From the NCBI GenBank assembly GCA_951406725.2, contig OX597821.1:27280001-27344000 (forward strand): a stretch of 64,000 nt of DNA, given 5' to 3'. Below the pieces are notes generated by a model. The model was not told the origin of the DNA. It saw nothing but the letters and a program-made list of their open reading frames with translations, and did no database searches. A program made the translations under genes and the position numbers. Source of the stretch: Octopus vulgaris (Eukaryota). Of this stretch, positions 40,660-53,751 are shown in pieces; the stretch's first letter is position 1; the number at the start of each line of letters is the position of its first letter.

Positions 40660-41015
40660 AAAGAAATCAGAGAGCATAAACCTCCGCCAAGGCAATACCA
40701 ACGTCCTCTCAACGATTAGCGAGAGATGGTTTTTAAAATGGGAATATATGAAATATACTCGACTGCTCTCACAAACGAGAATACTGAAAATGAAGCGGAC
40801 CGCTCTCAAAAATGAAGTAAAAAAGCAAGAAAAATAATCCATTATCCTTCTCCGGTACCGAATCGATACCAAAATCTAATCAGTTCGTGCTAATCACGAG
40901 GCCAGACTTCCATGAAAGTTTCTTCCGAATCCATCGAGCGGTTCTTCAGGTGACTTGTCCACGGACAAACAAACAAGCAAACACGACTGAAACAATACCT
41001 AAGGCGGAGGTAATA
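40660..41015 (-). mobile_element. Helentron-associated (HINE/DINE-1-like) non-autonomous element
   Basis: Subterminal inverted repeat ACCTCCGCC (40680-40688) / GGCGGAGGT (41003-41011), a (TTTG)n microsatellite near the 5' end and T-rich flanks. Confidence 0.6.
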
Positions 41016-41229
41016 ATCTTTGTGCTGTACGCAGGATAACGAAAATCTAAACAATAACGTGTCTATACAAGGTATCTCAGAATTAACTATCTATTTCAGT
41101 GAAATCGGACAAATTTTTAAAACGCTTATTTCTGTCTATCATGTTTAATATGAATTTAAAGTGTATAAATTTTAAATTTTGTTTATAATTTTGTAAATCT
41201 TGTAATATTTGTTCTTCATTAACTTATTT

Positions 41230-41480
41230 TCAATCCTGTTGGATCCCGGATATCTCTTCACGACAGCTTTTTTTTGTTTTTCAATTTAGCTGCAATCATT
41301 GTCTCTACGTCCATCCCCTGGATAAAAGCAATAATTTATTTGAACTTTAAGAAAGCATTCAGTTGGCAGTGCGCGAGATAACTCCTGAAATGCTTCAAAA
41401 TATGTTTAACACTAAGGACAGTTTTGAAATTTGCAGAGAAAAAGGTGGGATACATGTTGAAAATTTTCAGTAAAATTTTT
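41230..41480 (+). mobile_element. Tc1/mariner transposase C-terminal remnant
   Basis: LFEL*ESIQLAVREITPEMLQNMF..EICREKGGIHVEN matches the mariner/maT-type C-terminus (C..GG.H.E). Confidence 0.55.
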
Positions 41481-41674
41481 ATGTATGATTTCTAAATCTA
41501 TCTGTGATGGTATCATAATTATGTAATAAGCATAAAATTCCGTCAGTTTGTTTTATCTTAAATGCCCTGAATTTCATTGAAATAGTTAATTCGGGGGACC
41601 ATGTACATACTCAATACTTTCTGGTAGATTAAAACCGTTGATATCCGATGGTTGTTGATTTTCCTCATCTCTAG

Positions 41675-41868
41675 TTGCTGCGCAGACTATTTATGCCAAC
41701 ACAGTTCTTGAGTTTTAATAAATGCGTTAGCACTTTTCCTATGCGCATTTGTAGTCCCACTGTCCTCCGAAAGTTGGAAAAATTGTTAGAGCATCTGCAA
41801 AAATTCTTTACTGTATTTGCTTTGTGTTCAAAGGACACCGATTTCAAACATTACCTTCATTCTTTCAG
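41675..41868 (+). CDS. Candidate internal exon, unknown protein
   Basis: The open frame is bounded exactly by a TTTTCCTCATCTCTAG acceptor and a CAG|GTAAAT donor. Confidence 0.3.
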
Positions 41869-42836
41869 GTAAATAAAATAAATTACCAGTCATGTATTGG
41901 TGTCGTTGCAGTCAGCTCCCTACTTTTCCTCAAAATTGCTGACTTGAATCATAAAGTATTAGCTTGGCTTCAGGGGAAGAGATATTTTTCAAATGATACA
42001 ACAATTGTAATACATTTTATTATCTAGTACTCGATTCTGTATAATTTGATGCGTATCTTAGGAACAAACTTCGCTTGTTGTGAGACTAAATTCTCTTTCA
42101 TCTTTTGTGCTTCTGTCAGTGCAAGTGATTAGTTCGTCGCATTTTCAATTCTTTTTTTACCGATCAACCCTGAAAATAGTCGGTGGTGTCCATGATATCT
42201 ATTATGCGAACATAACCTATCATGCATGAAATTCAATATCCACTGTTTAGTTTTAAATGTGTTTGTATATCATCTGAGACAGATGTAATTGATAGATCTC
42301 ACTGTACAAATTACTGTACGAATTCCGTATTTTTGTTTACAGTGAGTTTCGTGTTGTCTGTCAAACATTTGCGGTGGACGTCTTAGTAGATTACATAAAC
42401 ACGTCACCCAGTGTTCTAAATTTGATTTCAATTGCTTTCAGCCAACAGCATCTCACAATGAATCCCTGTCGATAACTTATATTATTGAAGACAATGAGAC
42501 AATAAACTGAACTCACCCTAAATTACATAAGTGTACAAGTTTGACACTTACGTAAATTAAGTTTCTTTATATTCAATATGCACAAGTTTATATAATTGGA
42601 TGATGTTCCACAACGTAAAATTACTATTCAAAAGCGGATAACATAAGCGAAAATGATATATATTAAAGAAATACCGGCGCATGGATATAGAAAATTAAAT
42701 ACTAGTACACTCGCAATCATATGCGTGTGTGTTTATATATGCATACATATATGTAAATATATTTACATATGTGTGTGATCATATATATATACATTTAAAA
42801 ACACAAGCACACTCTCGTATTTCTTATATATATTAA

Positions 42837-42885
<49 letters not shown>

Positions 42886-43079
42886 ATATATAAATGAAAA
42901 CTGTAAGAGGAAAATATATTGCATCACTCAAAAAAACCCATATAAATAGAGCATATACACATTCAACCAATAAATAAATTTGTGTATCTCTCTGTCTACC
43001 TGTCTGTGTTTCAATCCATCTATCTGCCTGTCTCTCTCCCCTCCCTTGATATGTATATATATATGTGTGTGTCTGTGTG

Positions 43080-43520
43080 TTATCTGTTGCTGTTTATGAT
43101 GGTGTCGATTGGAAGATTAGATTCATCCTGTGGTCCCTTTTTTAGTAGAGGAATATTCTGAAGGAAGGTGTCGAAGGCTTCATTATTAAGAAGGTTGTTT
43201 GTGGAGTTGTATGGTAGGACTTTTGGTTGTAAATCCTTCATTAGCTTGGGATGTCTGAGTTCGTTGGTGTTGAGTTGTAGGGAACTTTGAAAGCCTATCA
43301 AAAAAGAAAATTTCCCACCTATTTGAAAACTACGACAGTATTGTAAAAAATGATTTCATTGAATTTTCCCACAATTTAATTCGTTTTCCTGCTTTACTCT
43401 CAGTTGAAAAAGTCGCAACGACTGAAGCTGATACTAAAATGCTGTTCATGATAAAATTACTATAGTAATTTCTATGTTGTCTTTGACCGCTAACTCCAAA
43501 AGTTTTCTTTATTCTCTCTC
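43080..43520. mobile_element. PLE 5' fragment (minus, 43080-43320) with inverted pLTR remnant (plus, 43330-43520)
   Basis: A minus-strand acceptor TTTTCTTTTTTGATAG precedes an open A/C-rich frame. The plus strand has CAG-TTGAAAA-AGTC-GCAAC-GACT-GAA-G-CTG (43401-43430), a U3:A8 HHR remnant lacking stem III. Confidence 0.5.
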
Positions 43521-43538
43521 TGTTTATTTCATAATGTT

Positions 43539-43665
43539 CTTTTCTGCTGAAGCACGTAGGCTCGAAACGTAAAAGTCTTTCCTACCTTCCCGAACGCCAA
43601 ACTAATACACCGCATGTTGTTTGTATACCTGTATACGTCTTTTGTTTTTCGGTAAATTTCAACTA
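43539..43665 (+). ncRNA. PLE pLTR end with 8-nt-core hammerhead-like motif (43539-43575)
   Basis: CTTTT-CTGCTGAA-GCAC-GTAG-GCTC-GAAA-CG-TA^AAAG, homologous to 63562-63692(-). It ends in (TA)n. Confidence 0.6.
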
Positions 43666-43680
43666 TATATATATATATAA

Positions 43681-43734
<54 letters not shown>

Positions 43735-43735
<1 letters not shown>

Positions 43736-45107
43736 AGGCAGGATATAAAAGTAAGATTTGGTTTATACCTAAGGGGAACCCCCCTAATGGAGGTAGAACT
43801 ATCAGGAACAACACAAATAGATTTAGGATAATCAACAATATACATAAGAATAGTAAAAATAGAATATATGATAACACCTATAATAAATGTAGAAGTGACG
43901 TTAACCTTGGAAAGGTGAACGGTAGCTCAAATAGATCTAAACATACGGGTAATAGTAGTAATATTAATAATAATATACGAATTAAAACTTATGGTAGACA
44001 TGATAATGGTAAAGTTTACTTGCGCAATAACCATGGTAATATTGATATAGATAGATATAACAATGACAGTGGTAAGAATAGTAATCCTATGAGTTGGTCT
44101 ACGAATAGGATTTTTACAAATAACATTAATTCTATAGGCAATCCTAATTCTGATAAGGATACTCTTTGGTTGATTATCCCGTATGCAATGCAGATTAAAA
44201 CAAACATAGTGAGAGCTTTGCATAATGTTATTTTTAGGCATTTTGGTAAGGATAGGAATAAATTTAGTCCTTTAATTAACAACGGTACTGTTAGAGTGGG
44301 ATATAGCATTACTCATAATCTAGCCACCATTATCTCCTCTTTTAATAACAAGAAACTGGATCACTTCTATAAGGATAGAAAATTGAATTTAGACCAGGAA
44401 AACTTGCCCCTCTTCATTAATAATAGGAATAGAAATTTTCTTGGAACAAATGGGAACAACCTCCTTACTAATAATGAGTGCACCATACCAGTCAGAGATA
44501 ATATAAATGTAATAGATCATACTACTACTACCAATACTAGTACTAGTGATAGGAATATAGCCGATAATGTGAAATTAACTCATTCGTTGATTTTGGGTTT
44601 GGATGATGATAACAATTGTAACACTTATAATGTGAATAGTAGTATAGGGGTGGTGTCCAATCTTAGATTTCCTCATTCTGTTAATCTTTGTAATTGCAGA
44701 AATAAAAATAAATGTGTATTTGGTAATCAATGCCTCAGGAAGGAGGTAGTTTACCAATGCACTGTAGATACACAATTGAGTAGTAGGGTGTATATCGGGG
44801 CAACTATGAATAGCATAAAACAAAGATGGAATTATCACAGATATACTTTTAGGAATAAAAATAGAATGTACTCTACAGGGCTAAGTGCATACATTTGGGA
44901 ACTTAAAAGTAAGAACTTAGATTTTAGATTAAACTGGAAAATACTAACTTCAGCACCTGTGTATAATGGAAAAAATAAAAATGCTCTCTATGTATTAATG
45001 AAATTTTCTTCATTATTAAAGCGGGTCGGCAAATTATTAACAACATTAATGAGAAAAACTTCTTTTGTATTCATAGGCTACCGTTCACCTTTTCTAGATT
45101 CAAATAG
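43735..45107 (+). CDS. Naiad PLE polyprotein C-terminal part: linker plus GIY-YIG endonuclease; one frameshift near 44975
   Basis: LWLIIPY..KTNI..RHF..VRVGYS..IISSFN, CNCRNKNKC..QCL, VVYQC..VYIGAT..KQRWNYHR..STGLSAYIWELK..WKIL. The shifted frame continues KCSLCINE..CIHR to TAG at 45105-45107. Confidence 0.88.
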
Positions 45108-46819
45108 AACTTAGCACTTCCACTATTATTAATTTTTTAATTCCCTTCTTTAACTAAATATACCTGTGGTCTTCTATAATTCTAAAGTATACAATTTATA
45201 AATTTCATAATTTTATAATTTTTATAGCTACATTTGTATAATAATTAATGGATGTGTCTAGTATTATTGGTTTCTTGGTTTTTGTATGTGGGTTTTTGTT
45301 TGTTTTTTTAAGAGAAATGCAATATGACATAAAATAACATATTCATTTTGGTATTTGCCTTGTAATGTGTGATTTTTGAAGTTTTCCAATATTGCATAGT
45401 ATATTGCATAGTATATATGTATATCTTGGTTAGATACCTAGCTCTAGATAATGTAATGATATTGTATAATATGTAATATATGAGAGCCTTTTGTGAGTTT
45501 GGTGGGTTTAGGTTGAGATTATAGGTTTTTTGTATGTGTTTATTTGGAAGGTTTTTATTATATATTTGGTCTTTTTGTACTCACCTTAATTTGTATCTTA
45601 TGCTATTCACTGATAAACCTTTTTCATTTTTTTCATTTTCTCATTTACATGCATTTTGCTTTATAATTATTACCAGCCTCATATATTTAGTTTATATCTA
45701 TAGTCCTCTGGATCTGTACTTTAAACTATCCTTCCATACATATTTACTTTCAACAATATAAAATATATATATTCACTTTATTTATTTTTATTTATTTCCC
45801 ATTTTATTGTAATATTATCAATCTTTGCATCTAGTCTTCTATTTATTTATTTATTTGCCTATTTAAGTGTAGATGTTTACATACATATCAAGTCATCTAA
45901 TTTGTTACCTATTTATTTTTTACTTATTTACTTATACTGGTGTAGTTTTATACATACATATCTATCATTTATTTTTATTTAATTTTAATAATATATGAAT
46001 ACATATATACTAGTTTGTACTTATAATTATGTGTATAACCGTATTTATTCCTTCGTATTTATTCCTTTTTATTTATTTTATCTCTTTTCATCTTAAGTCT
46101 TTATAATATAAAATTTATTTAAAATTTCTGTGATGTTCTCATAAGCGTTTACATTAATACTTCCCCTTCTATTCTTTAATGCCTAAACTGGTATATTATG
46201 GCACTATATTTATTAAGTTAATAAGTGACTTATTTATAATATTTAAATTAATATATATTTTATATTTTATATTTTATAATTTAGCGTACTTAAAATCATA
46301 ACAAACTTACGATAAACTTAACAACCGTATGTTTACTCTGCAACAAACCGGTGTTATAAATTTTAAGTTACCCATGAAATAATTATCTGAATTAGTAACA
46401 TACTGATATTTAAAAATATATTTATATCTAAATTAAATATTTTATAGAATGCATGGATGGTTCTTTTTTTGTTATTGAGGCTCAGTTATAATTTTGAAGG
46501 ACTAAATGTTAGCATAGTTGCTTCCCTTTTTGTTTATCTAAGTGCTAGTTGTTGCTTGTGATTATGTATGTGTATAAGTGTATGTATATACATATAACTA
46601 TGTGTGTATGTGCGATTGATCTGTAGATGCGTGTGTGAATATTGGCGTTCCCTGACTAACCAACCGTATAATTTTCTTTTGTGATTTAAATTTCAAACCA
46701 ATAGCCAATCGAATTAATCTAAATTTTCTTTACCTAGTGGTCAGCATTTCTTAACTCATAGTTATTTCGATCTTGAAAGGATGGACTTGGTGCTAACTTA
46801 ACTGTATCTATTTTTATTA

Positions 46820-46892
<73 letters not shown>

Positions 46893-47235
46893 AGTAATTT
46901 TTATTAACTTTTATAGCTTTAGAATTTTATGAACTGTACCACGGATTTAATTATTATTTTTCATCTCCATATGTGTTAGCCCTTTTTTTTTTTATAAAAA
47001 AAACTATTAGCCAAATATGTATAATATCGGTACTTATTAATATTAATATATACACTGTTATATATTTTGTTTTATTTTGTTCTGTTTACCTTCCTTTTTG
47101 TACAAATGTGTATTATATTATATAAGTGTAGCATTATGATGTATAAGTTTTTATATTTTACATTTTTATATTTTTATATTTATATGTATATGATTATATA
47201 ATATTTTTCACTATTATAACAAATTTAATTTAATT

Positions 47236-47343
47236 CTCTGAAGAGGCCGTGGGGCATCCTTGTTAATGCCTCATTTATACCTGCCTTTATGGCTTATAGG
47301 TTAAATGAGGTATGACTGTCCTCACTGCCGAAACAGCTGTCAG
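47236..47343 (+). ncRNA. Type I hammerhead ribozyme with ~85-nt extended stem II
   Basis: CTGAAGA at 47238-47244, stem II closed by GGC/GCC, GAAA at 47330-47333, palindromic ACAGCTGT stem III and a GUC cleavage triplet ending at 47341. Stem I is short in this copy. Confidence 0.82.
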
Positions 47344-47545
47344 TTTTGATTTATTTGCATATTATATTTGAAATTTTTTACTTATATCTCTTTATCTTTT
47401 TACTTTTACTATTACTGTATATCTCATTTCATTTTATATATTGCCTTTACTCATATGTAATGGTGTATTAAAGTATGGATTGAGTATCATCGGATAGTTG
47501 ATGTTTTACTGATTTAAGTATGTTTCTCCATTCTCTAATTTTGTA

Positions 47546-47621
<76 letters not shown>

Positions 47622-47791
47622 GAAAATAGGGAAGAAAATATCCAATCCGCTACGGGCACCGCTGTTAAATGCACAATTTTGTAGAGAAAAACCTCACAAA
47701 TCAGACAGGGATATATGCAATTTAATTCAATAGAAAATGGAGATATACAATTGTCAATTTAAAAGTTACAATTTCTTAACATAATACTATT

Positions 47792-48300
47792 TTATACAAA
47801 ATTTCTATAATTATAAGCATAATTATATTTAGGGTTCAGCAAAAATTGCTTCACCACATACCAACATTTATAAATAGCAGTTAAATACTATTCCACTACC
47901 ATAAGATATCTCTCGGAGGGTAATTCTCTCAACTCACGCAAGAGAACACATAACGAATCCACACGGCTTTGATTAACTATATACGCGTTTCTGTGTTAAA
48001 GAGATGTAAAATTCATATTTTTACTCATTTCCATCGTCAGTATAGTATTTCAATTTTAAATTTGAGAGTATTACTATCTGGGAGATATCTTATTTTAGTA
48101 GAATAGTATTTAAGTGCTATTTATAAATTTCGGTTTGTGGTGAAGCAATTTTTGCTAAACCCTAATTATAATTATGCTTATAATAATAGAAATTTTGTAT
48201 AAGGTTACCGATAATAGTTCTTTTAAGATACCGAACTACTTGGTGAAATTATTAATTATTAATTAATTAATTAATTTTATCCTTTATTATTATTGATAAT
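47792..48300. repeat. ~120-bp inverted repeat pair (47792-47914 / 48080-48202), fold-back pLTR-like ends
   Basis: AGGGTTCAGCAAAAATTGCTTCACCAC versus GTGGTGAAGCAATTTTTGCTAAACCCT; same family as 8745-9061. Confidence 0.78.
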
Positions 48301-48594
48301 ACTATTTTATATTATATTCTTATAATAATTTAATATGATACGTAATAAATATATATTCACATACAAGCATGTGTGTTTGTTTGTAGATCTTTGTGTATGT
48401 GTGTTGTGTGCGTGCGTGCCTGCCTGTGTGGGATAACACATACGTAGGGTCTGAAGAATTCCAAGTGAATACGTAGATCAGTACTCCATATAAGAATCTG
48501 ATTGGCAGAAATTCAAGTAAAGAAGATAGCAATTCCTACAGGTTAAATCACAAACGGATATTTACCAATCATTTTGTTGGTGCATTTGTCGCAG

Positions 48595-49123
48595 GAGATA
48601 AAAGCAATTAGACGAAAAATTGAAGACAATGTTGCTACAAAGCTTTATTCAAGGTTACGATCGATTTCTATGCCTAGAGGAAATATATTCTCGTTGTGTA
48701 TTGTTTTCTATGTTCAATTAATCAATTAATCAATTCGTTAATGAATGAGTTAGCCATCAAACCTACTCTTCAAACCCTAAAGTTATAGAAAGCCTTCAGT
48801 GTCTTCAACAAACTGAAATGATGGCGGAGTTAGGACTACATAGTATAAGATGTAGAAGATACCAGGAATTGAAGATGGTAATTGTATACAACTGATATGA
48901 GATAATTTTTTCTTTTCATTTCTAGACTATTGCTCTCAAACTTTTCTGTTTCATTCTTCAGATTCTTTTCCGCAAACTTAGATGTAAAACACTAGACTGC
49001 AAATCTTTGATTTGCCTTCTAATAATCATATATTCATGCACTACTACTAGTTTCAACTACTCCTGTTTGGCCTTCTTGATTTCATTGAAGTCTTCAATAG
49101 AAATGTCCATAGTATTGAGTATT
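48595..49123 (+). CDS. Candidate exon trio 48595-48653, 48754-48877 and 48962-49123
   Basis: AG/GT flanks, phases 0-2, 2-0 and 0-0, and an open spliced frame (EIKAIRRKIEDNVATKLYS|SHQTYSSNPKVIESLQC..ELKM|ILFRKL..). Introns would be 100 and 84 nt, and the second acceptor is weak. Confidence 0.28.
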
Positions 49124-49172
49124 GTAAGCATGTGTACATTTGCCAGTCTGTGTGTCAGCCTCTCTCTTTCTC

Positions 49173-49205
<33 letters not shown>

Positions 49206-49409
49206 ATATATATGTATATATGTGCATGTGTCCATGTGTGAGTGTGTCTAGATAGATTGATACATGCATATATACATACACACATACAAACACACACACA
49301 CACGCACGTACACACACTCACATACATAGATGTATATGTGTGTGGGCGCCAAAAATCGATGACTAGCGGCTTTCTAACAAATTCTCGCTTATCAGAAAAC
49401 AAAATGACC

Positions 49410-50016
49410 CATGTTACACCACGAAAGCAGTGAAGTTTGGGGGTAAGAGTCTACTAGTTTGGGGATATATAAAAATGAGGAGTCAAGAAAGTGGATTAAA
49501 ATTGATGGTAACTTGAGTAGCTGCCAAATATATCCAGTGTTGTAGGACAATTTGGCACCAGACTTGGATGGACGTGAGATACTACCGCATGATGGCGCTC
49601 CATGCCACAGAAATTCGTGCAACACAACAGAGTCTGGCTGATGAAGGTATTACCGAGAGATTAGTCAGCTCAGAGCCCTGACTTATTATCGAGTAAATGT
49701 GGACAGAACTAAAGAGAAGAGTTCGACAGAGGAATTGATGCAATTTTGAAGTGTTGTGCGAGATCAGCCACAGAGAATAGCAACTCATACCTGTGAAAAT
49801 ATTGAAGGATTTGTATGCATCTCTTCCCAGGCGCATTGAAGCAATTATTCAAGTTAAGGAGAACCACATGAAATAGTAAACAATATACAGTGACTTCTTC
49901 AAATGACCATTACGTAATAAATTTTCATTATAGACATTTTTTCTATTTTAAAACACTTTATAAATGTTGGTTTATGTGGAGTGGCCGAAAATTTTGCACG
50001 GCCATTTTTGGTTGTC
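49410..50016 (+). mobile_element. Tc1-family transposon 3' half (DD34E catalytic region, decayed)
   Basis: AVKFGGKSLLVWG..PHDGAPCHR..AQSPDL..IE*MWTELK..LYASLPRRIEAIIQVK, followed by TIR-like GTGGCCGAAAATTTTGCAC. Confidence 0.85.
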
Positions 50017-50668
50017 GTCTCACATATTCCCCTCTCATTCAGAACCCACCCCTACTACAAAATATAATGATTCGGTATGGAAATGACTTCAACAGTGCCA
50101 ATGTTTTATCTATAAGAAACGCAAATAGAATCATCTATTTATAAGTTGGCATTTAGTAGAAATTTACAATAGTTTAAAGTGACGCACATACGCATTCGCA
50201 TATACGCACATACACTAAATTCCCTGAGACGGTATTGGTTGGCCCATAATAGAAGAAACTTGAAGTTTTCACACAGTAGTTATGAAGCATGCGTCTTAGC
50301 CACACCGACATTGCAATGTATACTAGGCGATTATGAACGATACATTATTCGACACGTTATATGGTGACTAGTACATAAAATAACGGAAAATACTAGATTA
50401 CATTTGCCTAGTATATATAAATGATTGAACCAGTGGTAGGTTACATAAAGTACTCTTTTGCTCTTTTGCTTGTTTCAGTAATTTGACTGTGGCCATGCTG
50501 GAGCACCGCCTCTAGTCGAGTAAATCTACCCCAGGACTTATTCTTTGTAAGCCTAGTACTTATTCTATCGGTCTATTTTACCGAACCGCTAAGTTACGGT
50601 GACGTAAACACACCAGCATCGGTTGTCAAGTGATGTTGGGTGGACAAACACAGACACACAAATATATT

Positions 50669-50704
<36 letters not shown>

Positions 50705-51096
50705 CATATATACGATGGGCTTCTTTCAGTTTCCGTCTACCAAATCCACTCACAAGGCTTTGGTCGACCAAAGACTATAGTAGAAGACACTTGCCCAAGG
50801 TGCCACACTGTGGGACTGAAACCAGAACCATGTAGCTGATTATTCACAAACAGAAATACTGTTCACTTAACGTACTAATATCTGAGATGTGGCTGCACGC
50901 CAGAACTAAAAATGGAATTATAATAACATATATTCATATATTCCTAATAACATTCAGCAATACGACTCACAACCAAAAATGGCCGTGCAAAATTTTCGGC
51001 TACCTCACATAAACCAACTTTTATAAAGTGTTTTAAAATAGAAAAAATGTCTATAATGAAAATTTATTACATAATGGTCATTTCAAGAAGTCACTG
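49888..51096. repeat. ~128-bp inverted repeat (49888-50015 / 50969-51096) enclosing ~950 bp including a SINE
   Basis: CAGTGACTTCTT..GCACGGCCATTTTTGGTTGT is mirrored as ACAACCAAAAATGGCCGTGC..AAGAAGTCACTG. Confidence 0.88.
50452..50834 (-). mobile_element. Family B SINE, head truncated
   Basis: Aligns with 40081-40465. Confidence 0.9.
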
Positions 51097-51815
51097 CACA
51101 AATATATATGCATATACACGCGCCAATTAGCACACGGACACAGCAAAAAGACATACGCGTACGCACGAAAGCATATACATACACACACAAACACACGCGC
51201 ATATTCATAATGAGAGAAACACACATATGAATATATTAGTACCTAAGTATTTATATATATTTCGATTTTGTCTTTGTTTTTAAAACTTCAGCTAAATAGT
51301 GTAATTCAATAGATTTTCCTGTATTTTTAAAACTTCAGTTTGCTAATAAAACACACGAATTCGTCTATTTCTTTGCTTTACTTATTACCAAATTACCAAT
51401 TTGTCCAATTAATTAGCCCATAGTTTGATTAATCCCTCGCATGATTAGTCAGTTGCCATTCAAAACTGCATCTACTACAAGCCTATTCTTCTGTAGCTCG
51501 GCCTGTTTCCTAGTTCTTAGATTCGGATATATTCGTCCGTTTCTTCCCAGTATTATTTGAATTGACTCCAAGAATATTTTAATGTTGACTTTTATGGGTT
51601 CTTTTTTGTAGCTCTATTCAACAACAACTTTTGGTTTTCTAAACCTGTCTCCCTTTCTTTCTAATAAACGTTCCAAAGCTTTCAAATCACTCGAAAAATG
51701 TGCACTCTCTAGAGAGGAAACGCTATTACATATACGTGTGTTTATATGCATATATATTTTATTTATACTATTATATGATTGAAAGCCACGCGTCCTCTTC
51801 CAGCTAAGTTTTATC

Positions 51816-51925
<110 letters not shown>

Positions 51926-51966
51926 TTCTGTCCGTCTGTCTGTATGTCTGTCTGTCTATCTATCTA

Positions 51967-52030
<64 letters not shown>

Positions 52031-52236
52031 TATATGGTAACGCGTGCTGAGGAAGCTGAGGCTACTATGCCAGTACATAAACCAGTCCGAATACTTGCAT
52101 TTATCCTGGGAGATTGCCTTAGCCCGTTTGTGTTCAGACGATTCATTTCCGTAGTTATTATCATTGTAATTTTGCGATTTAGATAATAGTTTTGATTGTT
52201 ATTTCCAGCAGGTAGACTGATTTATTATGTCCTATA

Positions 52237-52308
<72 letters not shown>

Positions 52309-53063
52309 TGTGCGTGCGTGTGTGTGTGTGTGTGTACGAACGTTTGCACTCAAAATGGTGCGTTCTATGTAAAAATATCAACGTGTTCCAGAGAGAGGCG
52401 TCTTAATTCCTACACACGAGAGGTAAAACCTGTTTCAGAACTATGACTGATGAATAGAGTATAAAGATGAATCAAATTTGAAGAATAATCCAACGTTATA
52501 TCATGCAAAACTGGTTTTCCTCCATGTACGTACGAATTAAGATGGCTTTCTCTGGAACACGTGTCTACTTTTATGTAGAACTCACTGAGGTGTGTGCAGA
52601 TCTCAACGATTATTATAGCTCTATAACTATAGTGGTATAGTACAATACAAGCCACGCACCAGAAAGGAAATACTTTGTAACCAACACAAACGGGAATTCC
52701 TAAGTTTCCATGTTTCGAATAGCTTGCGTAGTGTTGTTTGAGCATATATGAAAATAGCTACCACTACGTGATTACTAGCGCTTTCCATATCATCAAATGA
52801 AAAGTCGCAATAAGCATTTCACATGCAGAATCGGTAGCAACGAAGACTTCATATAGATATTTATATTCATATTTACAATGTCACATTTATAAGGAATAAG
52901 GTTACGTTCTGGACTTTGCTATACCACTTTGAAATCTGTTATAACGCTTGAATCACTTTAAAACATTTTGGATATATAACTGATGTAGATAACCTACCCT
53001 CATAATTTTATTAATTATTTTACATTTTTGCGGGACACATACACACAGATTGACACACAGAAA

Positions 53064-53103
<40 letters not shown>

Positions 53104-53154
53104 AATAAGTATACATATATGCATATGCATATATCTATATCTACATATGTATAT

Positions 53155-53195
<41 letters not shown>

Positions 53196-53232
53196 TATAT
53201 ACATGTTATATAATATATGTATATATATACAC

Positions 53233-53269
<37 letters not shown>

Positions 53270-53300
53270 TGTATGTATATGTATATATATACTTACAAAA

Positions 53301-53338
<38 letters not shown>

Positions 53339-53602
53339 ATGTATATATGTAGATATGTATATACGAAGTCAAAGATTACACACTCCACAAGCTTATATAT
53401 TTAAGGACGGAAATATTGCTATTAAGCACGTAATTCGCTACTAATACATGTACTTGACACGCAAACACACACACATACACGTGTATACGCACGCCTGCAC
53501 ACACACACATACATATACATATACACAGACAGAGATACGAAGACAAACACACTTATTCTTATAGGACATCCATTTGTATGTTGCCAACTACTACACGCAT
53601 GC

Positions 53603-53649
<47 letters not shown>

Positions 53650-53650
53650 C

Positions 53651-53751
<101 letters not shown>

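Larger units (their letters stand above)
43735..47548 (+). mobile_element. Naiad-clade Penelope-like element, 5'-truncated, inserted in (TA)n
   Basis: The frame is open from 43735 (KAGYKSKIWF), followed by a ~2.1-kb AT-rich 3' UTR, the HHR at 47236-47343 and (TA)n at both ends. Confidence 0.9.

Noticed and set aside
43735-47548. Selenocysteine recoding/SECIS, as reported for some Naiad elements
   Set aside because: There is no in-frame TGA in the preserved ORF and the conserved Cys codons are TGT/TGC. I saw no convincing SECIS after the stop, although a SECISearch run was not possible.
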